DNA of 64,000 bases from an uncultured Acidobacteriota bacterium (GCA_963741955.1 CAVUKB010000010.1:96001-160000), one strand, 5' to 3'; positions 10,663 to 19,536 are shown, counted from the first letter of the stretch. Numbers and translations are program-made. Notes: generated by a model not told the origin, from the letters alone.

Positions 10663-10687
10663 CCCGATTTTTAAAGAAAAAATCGGG
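10663..10687. repeat. AT-rich inverted repeat (terminator or protein-binding site)
   Basis: cccgattttt...aaaaatcggg downstream of msrA. Confidence 0.45.
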
Positions 10688-10714
10688 AACCGAAGCGGGT
10701 TGAAGAGTTCCACT

Positions 10715-10752
10715 GCTCGTCGCTCGTCGCTCGTCGCTCGTCGCTCGTCGCT
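10715..10752. repeat. Heptamer tandem repeat (GCTCGTC)x5
   Basis: Five perfect copies plus a partial copy, directly after the msrA stop codon. Confidence 0.9.
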
Positions 10753-11248
10753 AATCCCTCACATAGTGGCACGTATACCCGTTCGGGTATTTCTGCAGGT
10801 AGTCCTGGTGGTACTCCTCGGCGGGCCAGAATGTCGTGGTCGGCACGATCTCCGTCACGACCGGGCGCCGCCATTTGCCGGACTGATCCACTTCGGACCG
10901 GACGCGCTCCGCCGTCTCCCGCTGAGCTTCGTCATGGTAGAAGATGATCGAGCGGTACTGCGTCCCGATGTCATTTCCCTGGCGGTTCGGGGTGGTCGGG
11001 TCGTGAAGACGGAAGAAGAAGCGGAGGATCTCCTCGTAGCTGATCCTGGACGGATCGAAGACGATCTCGACCGATTCGGCATGGCCGGTGCGGCCGCTCT
11101 TCACGTCCTCGTATCGCGGTTTCTCGAGCGTTCCGCCGGTGTAGCCGACGCTCGTCCGGACCACTCCACCGAGTTTTCGAATCAACTCCTCGACGCCCCA
11201 GAAGCAGCCTCCGGCGAGGGTCGCCGTCTCGAATCCGTTCTCAGGCAT
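10751..11248 (-). CDS. msrA: Peptide-methionine (S)-S-oxide reductase
   Basis: GGCFWG active site, GHAE, DIGTQYRS, AEEYHQDY. Confidence 0.95.
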   Translation of the reverse strand: MPENGFETATLAGGCFWGVEELIRKLGGVVRTSVGYTGGTLEKPRYEDVKSGRTGHAESVEIVFDPSRISYEEILRFFFRLHDPTTPNRQGNDIGTQYRSIIFYHDEAQRETAERVRSEVDQSGKWRRPVVTEIVPTTTFWPAEEYHQDYLQKYPNGYTCHYVRD

Positions 11249-11866
11249 TCACTTCGTCTCCTTCTGCGCGTTCTTCCGGAACAGCGGGAGAAACTCGCCG
11301 TAGCCTTCCGCCTGGAGCTTTTCGACCGGGATGAAGCGCAGCGCCGCGGAGTTCATGCAGTAGCGCATGCCGGTCGGCGCGGGTCCGTCGTTGAAGACAT
11401 GGCCGAGGTGTGAACCGGCGTGCTTCGAGCGAACCTCGGTGCGCACCATGAAGAACTGCCGATCGGTCTTCTCCACGATATTGTCCGGCACCAGAGGCCT
11501 GGTGAAGCTCGGCCAGCCCGTTCCCGACTCGAACTTGTCGAGGGAGCTGAAGAGCGGCTCACCGGAGACGACGTCGACGTAGATGCCGGCTTTGTGGTTG
11601 TCCCAGTACTGGTTGCGGAACGCGGGCTCGGTTCCTCCGTTCTGGGTGACGTCGTACTGAAGCGGCGTCAGCTCTTTCTTCAGCTCGGTTTCGGACGGTT
11701 TGGTGTACTGCGACATGGATGCTCCCTTCGTGCTGGCGGTGTGTACGGCGGCGCTCGACGGATGGGCGCTCTGCGGGCCGCGCTGCCGCGCGGCGGCGAC
11801 GAGCGCCAGAGACACGACAGCCAGGATGGCCACGATCGCCGTGGCCCACGTTCTGCTCTGATTCAC
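11249..11866 (-). CDS. msrB: Peptide-methionine (R)-S-oxide reductase with N-terminal signal/anchor
   Basis: [23 protein letters not shown] start with AGGAGG RBS; alternative ATG at 11716. Confidence 0.94.
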   Translation of the reverse strand: MNQSRTWATAIVAILAVVSLALVAAARQRGPQSAHPSSAAVHTASTKGASMSQYTKPSETELKKELTPLQYDVTQNGGTEPAFRNQYWDNHKAGIYVDVVSGEPLFSSLDKFESGTGWPSFTRPLVPDNIVEKTDRQFFMVRTEVRSKHAGSHLGHVFNDGPAPTGMRYCMNSAALRFIPVEKLQAEGYGEFLPLFRKNAQKETK

Positions 11867-11887
11867 GGCCTCCTCCTATGTTTCCGA

Positions 11888-11920
11888 AACGGACTGGCGT
11901 CGCGGAAAGTTCCGCGACGC
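11888..11920 (-). promoter_or_regulatory. ECF (SigR/SigH-like) promoter of msrBA, overlapped by an 11-bp inverted repeat
   Basis: Minus strand GGAAC-N18-GTT. Perfect inverted repeat gcgtcgcggaa-ag-ttccgcgacgc at 11897-11920. Confidence 0.6.
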
Positions 11921-12051
11921 GTCCGCTACGATCCACGGGTTGGATGCTGTCGCAGGGGGACAGGTTTCGGGAGCATCGCTCGATTCGAGTATCCTTGACC
12001 GTCTCGCGTACCGGAACGTGGTAGGGAGGCGCATCAACCGGAGGAGGAAAG

Positions 12052-13920
12052 ATGCAGGCATTCCGTCGATTCGTCGTTTCGTTCGTGATCGTCCTGACCG
12101 CAGGTGCGGTGATGGCGGCGCAGACCGCGCCGATCGATCTCACCGTCGACATGAGCGACATCGGCCAGAAGATCACTCATACGCACATGGTCATCCCGGT
12201 GTCTCCCGGACCGCTCGATCTCTATTATCCGAAGTGGATCCCGGGTGAGCACGGACCGACGGGGCCGATCGTGCAGATGGCGGGACTTCACATCACCGCG
12301 GCCGGAAAAGAACTGGCGTGGAAGCGCGATCTCCTCGAGATGTACGAGATCCACACCGTGGTCCCCGCAGGCGTCGACTCGATCAACGTCGATTTCGATT
12401 TTCTCGCTCCCGCGGGCGGATCGTTCACCGCGGGCGCATCGTCCACGCCGAATCTGGCGATCCTGAGCTGGAACAGCGTGGTCCTCTATCCGGCCGGCCA
12501 CGCCTCGGACGAGATCCTCTTCCACCCTTCACTGATCCTTCCCAGGGGATGGGACTACGCAACCGGGATGGAGACGCGCTCGACGAGCGGTGGAACGATC
12601 CACTTCGAGCCGGTCTCCCTCACCACCCTCATCGACTCGCCGGTTCAGAGCGGGACGATGTTGCGGAAGATCGAGATTCCGGACGGCGCGATCCATCACG
12701 AGATCGACCTGGTTTCCGACAGCCGCTGGGCCGAAGAGACGCCGAAGGATTTCGCGCAGCAGTACGGCAGGTTGGTCGCCGAAGCGAAGGCGCTGTTCGG
12801 AGCGCAGCACTACCGGCATTACAACTGGCTGCTGACGCTCAGCCATCATGTTCAGCACTTCGGTCTCGAACATCACGAATCGAGCGATGACCGGGTCGAC
12901 GAGAATCTGCTGGAGAACGAATCGGGCCGGAACCGGATCGCCGGACTTCTCGCTCACGAGTACGTCCATTCGTGGAACGGTAAGTATCGCCCGCCGGCCG
13001 GACTCGCGGTCTCGAACTACGACAAGCCGATGACGGACGAGCTCCTGTGGGTCTATGAGGGATTGACTACGTATCTCGGCAATCTTCTTCCGGCGCGCGC
13101 CGGACTCTGGACTCAGGAGTATTACCGCGAATCAGTGGCCGAGATCGCATCGAGCCTGAGCACGGCAACGGGACGTCAGTGGCGACCTCTGGCCGATACC
13201 GCGGTGGAAGCGCAGATCCTCTACGAATCGCCGCGCTCGTGGGGAACGTACCGCCGCGGCGTCGACTTCTATGACGAAGGTCTCATGGTCTGGCTCGACG
13301 CAGACATGACCATCCGGCGCCTGACCAATGGCCGGAAGTCTCTGGACGACTACCTCCATCTCTTCTACGGCGGCGAGAGCGGACATCCGGCGTTGAAGCC
13401 GTACACGTTCGACGACGTGGTGAATGCGATGAATCAGGTTGTGCCGTACGACTGGAAGAACTTTTTCCTCACGCGGCTGCAGTCGAAGGAGCCGCTGGCG
13501 CCGATGGGGGGCATCACCGGCGGAGGGTGGAAGCTCGTCTACAACGAAGAGCCGAACGCAGCGATCAAGGCGCGCGAGCATGACGGGAACCGGGATCTGA
13601 CCACCTCGATCGGCCTGTACCTCGGGAAGGACGGCCGCATCAGCGACGTGATCCGTTCGAGCGCGGCGTGGAAGGCGGGACTCGCTCCGGGAATGGACGT
13701 GGTGGCGGTGAACGGCCGGAAGTACAAGCCCGAAGTGATCGAGCACGTCGTCCGGGATTCGAAGAGCAGCAGCGCGCCGGTCACGCTTCTGATCGACGAC
13801 GACGGAGTCTTCAGGACGTACACAGTCGACTATCACGGCGGCCTGAGGTATCCGCATCTGGTGCGGGAGGAAGGAAAACCCGACCTCCTCAGCAAGCTTC
13901 TCCAGCCGCTGGCGAAGTAG
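12052..13920 (+). CDS. M61 family metallo-aminopeptidase with PDZ domain, exported
   Basis: Signal peptide, PKWIPG, GLEH, HEYVHSWNGK zinc motif, LWVYEG, C-terminal PDZ-like AGLAPG..VAVNG. Confidence 0.9.
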   Translation: MQAFRRFVVSFVIVLTAGAVMAAQTAPIDLTVDMSDIGQKITHTHMVIPVSPGPLDLYYPKWIPGEHGPTGPIVQMAGLHITAAGKELAWKRDLLEMYEIHTVVPAGVDSINVDFDFLAPAGGSFTAGASSTPNLAILSWNSVVLYPAGHASDEILFHPSLILPRGWDYATGMETRSTSGGTIHFEPVSLTTLIDSPVQSGTMLRKIEIPDGAIHHEIDLVSDSRWAEETPKDFAQQYGRLVAEAKALFGAQHYRHYNWLLTLSHHVQHFGLEHHESSDDRVDENLLENESGRNRIAGLLAHEYVHSWNGKYRPPAGLAVSNYDKPMTDELLWVYEGLTTYLGNLLPARAGLWTQEYYRESVAEIASSLSTATGRQWRPLADTAVEAQILYESPRSWGTYRRGVDFYDEGLMVWLDADMTIRRLTNGRKSLDDYLHLFYGGESGHPALKPYTFDDVVNAMNQVVPYDWKNFFLTRLQSKEPLAPMGGITGGGWKLVYNEEPNAAIKAREHDGNRDLTTSIGLYLGKDGRISDVIRSSAAWKAGLAPGMDVVAVNGRKYKPEVIEHVVRDSKSSSAPVTLLIDDDGVFRTYTVDYHGGLRYPHLVREEGKPDLLSKLLQPLAK

Positions 13921-14092
13921 GCGACACGCCGGCTGCAAGAGTCTGCCCGGCAGAAACTGGGAGGCTCACGGGGTGCGATTCGAGTCGAGTTTGCGAGTGA
14001 GGGGACGGCTTCCGTCGTGCCGGGCCGCGGCCGAAGCCGCGGTGGCCGGTCGGTATCAGACAGAAGAAGTGCGGGAAGGCAGCCCAGGGGTT

Positions 14093-14126
14093 CGGGCTCG
14101 GATCACGCTGGCGTGACCCGAGCCCG
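14093..14126. terminator. GC-rich hairpin between convergent genes
   Basis: cgggctcggatcacgc-tg-gcgtgacccgagcccg (one mismatch), 8 nt after the 14135 stop. No clear U-tract. Confidence 0.45.
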
Positions 14127-14134
14127 TCGGATCA

Positions 14135-15484
14135 TCAGGAGCCGGAGGTTCCCGCGGTCGTCTTCAGATCTTCGAGCCTTTTCTTCAGCGCCGCGATCGT
14201 CCGCTTCGATCGTTGCTCCTCCGGGAGTGCTTCCGCTTCGGCGATCGCCGTTTCGAGCGCGGTACGTGCGCCAGCATCATCGCCGTTGCCGATCAGTGCC
14301 TCGATCTTCGTACGCCAGATGCCGAGGCGTCGAGGCCCGTAGGCGAGAGAGAGCGCACGGCCGGCAGCGGCGATTGCATCGTCATACTTCTTCATCTCGA
14401 GGTAAGTCAGGGCGAGACGCGCCGGCGGGTTGTAGTCGCCCGGGAAATCGCGCTGCGACTCTTCGAGCATCGGGATCGCTCGCTCTGGCTGACCGAGCTC
14501 GAAATACGCGCTGAGCCGGTGCGAGTCGAACACCGTGCGGGCCTCGGGGCTCTTTGCCGTCGCCGCTTCGTGATCCAGGAACGCGGACCACTCCTCGGTG
14601 AGCTCGTGCTTCCCTTCCTCGTCTCCGGCCGCCTCGCGTGCGGCGATCAGCTCCTGATAGAGCCCGGACCGGTCGTCCGCTTCGGGATGAAGCTGCTTGT
14701 CGGCCATTACCGCACGGGCGTCGATCTCGAGTTGCGCGCGCAGCTCGGAGCGGAAGTGATTCGAGTCGGGGAGGTTGATCGCACAATCGAGCCCCGTCGC
14801 GGCGACATTCAGCGCAGAGGATGAGTGGCGCAGACGGCGGAACGCATCACGTGCCGTCGTCGCACACTGGTCGTACTCGCCCGTCCCCTGCAGCGCGAAC
14901 AGAAGCGACTCGGTGACCCGTCCGCGCGGCCTCCACGCTGCCGGAGCGTCCTCGAGCAGCGCGGCATACGCCTTCGCGGCGCCGGCGTTGTCGCCGGATC
15001 CATAGAGGGTGTCGGCCACGGAGAGTTTCTTTGCGAGAAGATCCTGCTTCGGATTCACGGCGCGCAATCCGTCGTCGAGGATCTTCGCCAGCTGCGGCGC
15101 CGTCGCGCCTCCCAGCCAGCGGAGGACGACCTTTTCACTTCGCGGGTCGACCACGTAGAACGTCGGGTAGCCTTCGAGCGCGAACTTCTTCCTCAGCGCC
15201 GCGTTGGACTCTTTTTCACCATCGATCGCGAGCCAGACGAACCGTCCGGCATACCGCTCGAGAGACGCGTCGGTGAAGACGAACGCCTCCATGGAGCGGC
15301 ACGTGTGTCACCAGGGGGCCCAGGCTTCGACGAAGAGTGGAGCGTTCTTCGCCTTCGCCTGGGCCAGTGCCCGTGCGTAGTCATCGTGGATGAAAGGAAG
15401 CAAGTGGCTCTTCGTGGTCGCGCCGAGAGCGGCGGTCGAGAGAAGAGCGCCCACGATTCCCGCGAGGATCAGAGACCGTTTCAT
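14135..15484 (-). CDS. Exported thioredoxin-fold/TPR protein with in-frame UGA at the first Cys of CxxC (candidate selenoprotein)
   Basis: Track ORFs 15308-15535 and 14135-15292 are one frame: MKRSLILAGIVG...LFVEAWAPW-TGA-HTCRSMEAFVF...GYPTFYVV, then TPR-like helices. TGA at 15308-15310. Confidence 0.85.
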
Positions 15485-15631
15485 CGAATGAGGTCCTCCA
15501 GCCGTTGGATGCGGCATCCGATGATATCGGAACATCGAGCTCGAGAATTTCCGCGGCTGGTCAGGATGGCGAACTTCAACCCGGAGCGGGCTTGGTGGTG
15601 ATCGGGCGGTATCGGCAGGCCTCGTCGGATC

Positions 15632-16321
15632 CTAATTCGGGTAAGGATCACGAAAGGCGCGGACGGTGCGACCCCAGAAAAAGCTGAGAGCGCCGCCCAG
15701 GAGAAGGATTCCACCGCCGATGGTCGAGAGGGAGATCGCGATGGTCGGAGGGTTATCGAGAAATACCCCATACAGCACGCGGGCGGCTCCGACCAGGAGG
15801 GAAGCACCTGCGAGGACGATTGGAGCCGGATCAAAACGCCGCAGGATCAAAGTCGCGAACGTCTGCGCCGTCGCCAAGGCAGCTGCCAGAACCAGGTCGA
15901 CACCCGCCAACAGAAGCACCTCGCCACCGAAGTAATCGGGGCGGGCGATGATGCGTGATCCGGCAAAGAGGATACTCGTCGCCAAAACCGCCACGACGCA
16001 GGAACCTCCAAAGGACATCCCGACGATCGAGCCGATGTACTCCGCCGCAGAGACCGGGAGGACCGTGGCGCGGGGACGGTCATCGAGCCAGCCGTCGCGA
16101 TTGAGAGACGCTCGTGCCGAAATCGCGGCATAAACCGGAACCAGAACCAGAAATGCCGCTGCCAAAGCAAAGAAGCTTTCGAAGGATCGCGGAGAATACG
16201 GGGTGGGAAAGATGAAAATGCCGAGCAGAATCGTTCCTGTGAATCCGAACAGAAGTCTCTTCGTAAGGAGAAATGTTCGCAAGAGACAAGCAACGAGCGC
16301 GTGGACTCTGACTTCAAACAT
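15632..16321 (-). CDS. Multi-pass membrane protein, probable ABC-2-type permease
   Basis: About six hydrophobic segments. Overlaps the end of the ABC ATPase gene. Confidence 0.65.
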   Translation of the reverse strand: MFEVRVHALVACLLRTFLLTKRLLFGFTGTILLGIFIFPTPYSPRSFESFFALAAAFLVLVPVYAAISARASLNRDGWLDDRPRATVLPVSAAEYIGSIVGMSFGGSCVVAVLATSILFAGSRIIARPDYFGGEVLLLAGVDLVLAAALATAQTFATLILRRFDPAPIVLAGASLLVGAARVLYGVFLDNPPTIAISLSTIGGGILLLGGALSFFWGRTVRAFRDPYPN

Positions 16322-17045
16322 GATGAAGAACCTTGGCGGTCGATCCGGTTCGCACCATCGTGTATCGATCCGAATCAGCGGGCCACGTCGTCTGACCGGT
16401 GTCCTGCGTCGCGATGAGGATCAGCGATCGTGTCGATGCCTCGAGAGCGATCCGGGAGAGGGTTTCTGCGCGTGACGAATCGAGGAACGCGAGCGTCTCG
16501 TCCAGGACGACGACCTCGGAACCGGAAGAACATGCGATGACGTGCTCGATCATCCGCTGCTCGCCCGCCGAGCACGTACCAATTCTGCGTTGCCTCGTCA
16601 GCCCGAATCCGTCGATGCTGCTCTCGGCAAATTCAAGGTCGAACGCGGGATAAAGGAGTCTGGCTATTGCAAGAATGTCGCGCACCGTGAGCTCGTCCAG
16701 CCATGGGCGTTCCTGGGACACGTATGCGACTCGACGCCGCATCGCGTCCCGAGGCATTTCGATCGAATCGAGGTATACGTGACCGTCTGCAACTGGTCTC
16801 CGTCCGGTGAGTGCGTCGAGCAGGGTGGTCTTTCCACTTCCGTTCTCTCCGACCAGCAGAGAGATTCGGCCGAGTCGAACGAACATTTCGTCGGCGTAGA
16901 TGGAAAACCCGGTTCTATGGACGATCAGTCCACAAATGGACAAAGCGCCTCGCGGCTGAGTGTGATGGGCGGGGCCACAGCCCCTCCCAGGACTAGGATT
17001 ACGCACAAGCATACAGGCTGGCCGAGGCGACTTCGAAGCTGGCAA
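16314..17045 (-). CDS. ABC transporter ATP-binding protein (divergent; true start uncertain, probably downstream of 16999)
   Basis: Walker A GENGSGKTT, Q-loop YVSQ, degenerate signature CSAGEQ, Walker B VVVLDE. Confidence 0.8.
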   Translation of the reverse strand: MPASKSPRPACMLVRNPSPGRGCGPAHHTQPRGALSICGLIVHRTGFSIYADEMFVRLGRISLLVGENGSGKTTLLDALTGRRPVADGHVYLDSIEMPRDAMRRRVAYVSQERPWLDELTVRDILAIARLLYPAFDLEFAESSIDGFGLTRQRRIGTCSAGEQRMIEHVIACSSGSEVVVLDETLAFLDSSRAETLSRIALEASTRSLILIATQDTGQTTWPADSDRYTMVRTGSTAKVLHHV

Positions 17046-17574
17046 CTGCGACGAAAATACTGGCGCCGCCCGTTGCGGGCGTGAGCATGACCAGGCCGGC
17101 GAAAGAGAGCCCCCAGCCGGTCACAGCGAGCGCACAGCCCCAGCTCTCGGCATTGACCGTATCGGCCGAGGTTATCAGCGTATTGCCATCCACGAACTCA
17201 CGAAACGAGCGTGCAAGCGCAACCAGCGACGGATCGGGCGTGGTCGCACGTAGTTCATGTTCCGCAGCAATATGTTCATTCCGGTAACGCCCTTCGAGCC
17301 AAATTCGATCGGACGTTTCTCCTCGAAGGTTCAGTTCGAATGATTCTCCATCCTCTCTCACGAAAGTGATGGATCTTCCCACGCCGCGAAACAGCTGAAG
17401 AGTCTTGCCGGCGACAGTGATCGAACCAAGATATGAAGTCGCGACACCACGCGAACTCTGGCTGGTGATCTCGACTTGATCGGTGGGCACTGGTGTTGCC
17501 GCGATCGCCGGTAGAGCGAGGAGTATGGAGAGTGAGAGTGCGATTGTTCTGTACAACGAGAGGCCCCTTTCCAT
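16999..17574 (-). CDS. Exported protein with C-terminal Cys-bracketed hydrophobic peptide (bacteriocin-like precursor)
   Basis: Signal peptide ending LPAIA, soluble middle region, C-terminal SWGCALAVTGWG...TPATGGAS...LYACA. Confidence 0.7.
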   Translation of the reverse strand: MERGLSLYRTIALSLSILLALPAIAATPVPTDQVEITSQSSRGVATSYLGSITVAGKTLQLFRGVGRSITFVREDGESFELNLRGETSDRIWLEGRYRNEHIAAEHELRATTPDPSLVALARSFREFVDGNTLITSADTVNAESWGCALAVTGWGLSFAGLVMLTPATGGASIFVAVASFEVASASLYACA

Positions 17575-17593
17575 TTCGGTGATTTCGCGCGCG

Positions 17594-17623
17594 ATGCTAG
17601 TAGCTGCTCCCTGGACTTGTCAA
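17594..17623 (-). promoter_or_regulatory. Sigma-70 promoter of the three-gene islet
   Basis: Minus strand TTGACA-N18-TAGCAT, ~20 bp upstream of the start. Confidence 0.6.
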
Positions 17624-17715
17624 CCGAGCATTCTCGGCTCGCTTCGCCAGGCCGTTGCCCTCCTGTCGAGTCACGGGAGGTTCAATCGCTTGCCTCGATG
17701 ATTGCTCGAACTCCA

Positions 17716-18411
17716 TCAATGGCGCTGCGGTGACCCGACATACACGTCGACTCCGGGAGAATCGTGTGCGAGCTCGGGAGGAGCGTCGAGGCGAATGCCT
17801 GCCGCGCGGGTGACGGTCTCTTCGAGCCTGGTGATCGTGAGCGGCCGATAGCGGTAGGGGTGGTGCCGCACGTGCGCCGCGAAGATGTGTCCCCGATGAT
17901 GTGCGAAGAGAGCATAGCGTTCGAGAAGAAAGTGGTCGAGAGTGGTCGCCGAAGCAGTGGTGAGCTCTCCTTCTGCGAATGACGACATCCGGAACGAGGC
18001 TTCCGTCTCCCGTCGCCGCGACTCGTATTCGACCCGTCCGTCAGCCGTCTCCATCGACATCTGCGCGAAGAAGTAGGGGAGATGGTACGTCGCGCGTGCG
18101 GCGGCGACCGCGAGACGGCTCGCCGCGTCGAGACTGAAAAAGAAGACTCCGGAGAGATCCCGATGCCGGACGTACGTTCTCAGGTTCAGCTCGAGAAACG
18201 AGGCGACCAGCGGAAACGGGAGAAATGGCGGGACGAATCGCGGCCGCGAATCGCGGATCTCGAAAGGCACGAGAGTGATCCATGCGGCGCCGTCGAACGT
18301 CTCGATCTCGAGCATCGGCGGCACCAGCGGGCGGAGATCCTCCGGAGCGATCCGCCAGTGAAGAAACCCGAGCCGGCTCCACTTCTGACGCCCGATGAAG
18401 AATGTCGCCAT
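17716..18411 (-). CDS. YqjF/DUF2071 family protein
   Basis: QKWSRLGFLHW, FLELNLRTYV, GVFFFSLDA, FLLERY. Confidence 0.85.
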   Translation of the reverse strand: MATFFIGRQKWSRLGFLHWRIAPEDLRPLVPPMLEIETFDGAAWITLVPFEIRDSRPRFVPPFLPFPLVASFLELNLRTYVRHRDLSGVFFFSLDAASRLAVAAARATYHLPYFFAQMSMETADGRVEYESRRRETEASFRMSSFAEGELTTASATTLDHFLLERYALFAHHRGHIFAAHVRHHPYRYRPLTITRLEETVTRAAGIRLDAPPELAHDSPGVDVYVGSPQRH

Positions 18412-18457
18412 TCCGGTACGATACGCCAGATCAGAGAGCGGCCGTTCGGCCGCCTCG

Positions 18458-18595
18458 TCATTCGTCGAGATCGATCTCGTCGAGGATCTCTTCGAGCTCG
18501 AAGATCACATCCTCCCATCCGGTATATTCACCGGCCTCGGATTCGGGTGAGGCGACGCACGGCGAGTCGACGACGAACGGTGTTTCGCGTTCCAT
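18458..18595 (-). CDS. Small acidic protein (45 aa)
   Basis: Below the track cutoff. AAAGGAG RBS 5 nt before ATG. MERETPFVVDSPCVASPESEAGEYTGWEDVIFELEEILDEIDLDE. Confidence 0.6.
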   Translation of the reverse strand: MERETPFVVDSPCVASPESEAGEYTGWEDVIFELEEILDEIDLDE

Positions 18596-18760
18596 GAGCA
18601 CTCCTTTCGAGCGCCCTCTTCTTCCTGATCAGTGCCGTGCGGGCGAGAAGGCTCAATTGCCGTCGATCCAGCCGGTTAGCGGAGTTTCGCGCTGTCGCCG
18701 GTCGTCAAAAATCCTTGCGGAGATCTCCGCGTTGCCAGACTTTCTGCGTTCGCCGTCGAT

Positions 18761-19474
18761 TCAGACGCCGAAGAGCCGGATCGCTGCGCCGCAGAAGAAG
18801 ATCGTCGCCCCTGCTGCGGCGTGGCTCCAGCGATCGAGAGTCGCCGTGCTGATCCGCTCCACTCCGAGCTGCAGGAGAAGCACCGCAGCGATCATCGTGC
18901 CGATCGTCAGCGTGGAAAAGACGATCGTCACTGCGACCAGGAGATGCCGCTCCCCGCGGGCGGCCGGAAACATGAGGAGAGGAATCATCGGTTCGCACGG
19001 CCCGAGGAGGAAGATGGTGAAGAGGACCCACGACGAGGTGCCGATCTTTCCCTCCCGCGGGTGCGGATGGAGATGTTCCGACTGGTGCTGATGCTCGTGC
19101 AGGTGGACCTCGCCGTCGCCATGCCTGTGGACGTGCGTGTGCGTCCGGCCGCGCCGCGCTCTTCGCACACCCCAGACGAAGTAGACCAGCCCGAACGCGA
19201 TCAGACCCCATGAGGCGAGATCTCCGCGCAGCGTTTCGATCTCGCCGAGGCGCCCGATGCCGACACCGAGTGCGACGCCGATCAGTCCGAGCACGACCGA
19301 GCTGAGAACGTGACCCAACCCGCAGAAGAGCGTCACGGCGATCAGCCGCGATCGCGACCAGTGCCCCGCTCGAGACATCCCGACGAATGGAAGGTAGTGG
19401 TCGGGCCCGAGAGCCGAGTGTGCCACGGCGATTCCCGCCGCCGTGGTCAGAAGGATCGTATTCGCCGCATCCAT
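18761..19474 (-). CDS. His-rich nickel/cobalt transporter (UreH/NiCoT-like)
   Basis: HSALGPDH motif, His-rich loop HTHVHRHGDGEVHLHEHQH, about six TM helices. Divergent from the hydrogenase operon. Confidence 0.8.
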   Translation of the reverse strand: MDAANTILLTTAAGIAVAHSALGPDHYLPFVGMSRAGHWSRSRLIAVTLFCGLGHVLSSVVLGLIGVALGVGIGRLGEIETLRGDLASWGLIAFGLVYFVWGVRRARRGRTHTHVHRHGDGEVHLHEHQHQSEHLHPHPREGKIGTSSWVLFTIFLLGPCEPMIPLLMFPAARGERHLLVAVTIVFSTLTIGTMIAAVLLLQLGVERISTATLDRWSHAAAGATIFFCGAAIRLFGV

Positions 19475-19536
19475 CGAGAGATCCTCATCGCTTCGCTGAT
19501 GAATTTTTCCGCAGCAGTCGTCTGTCGCCGGAGAGG

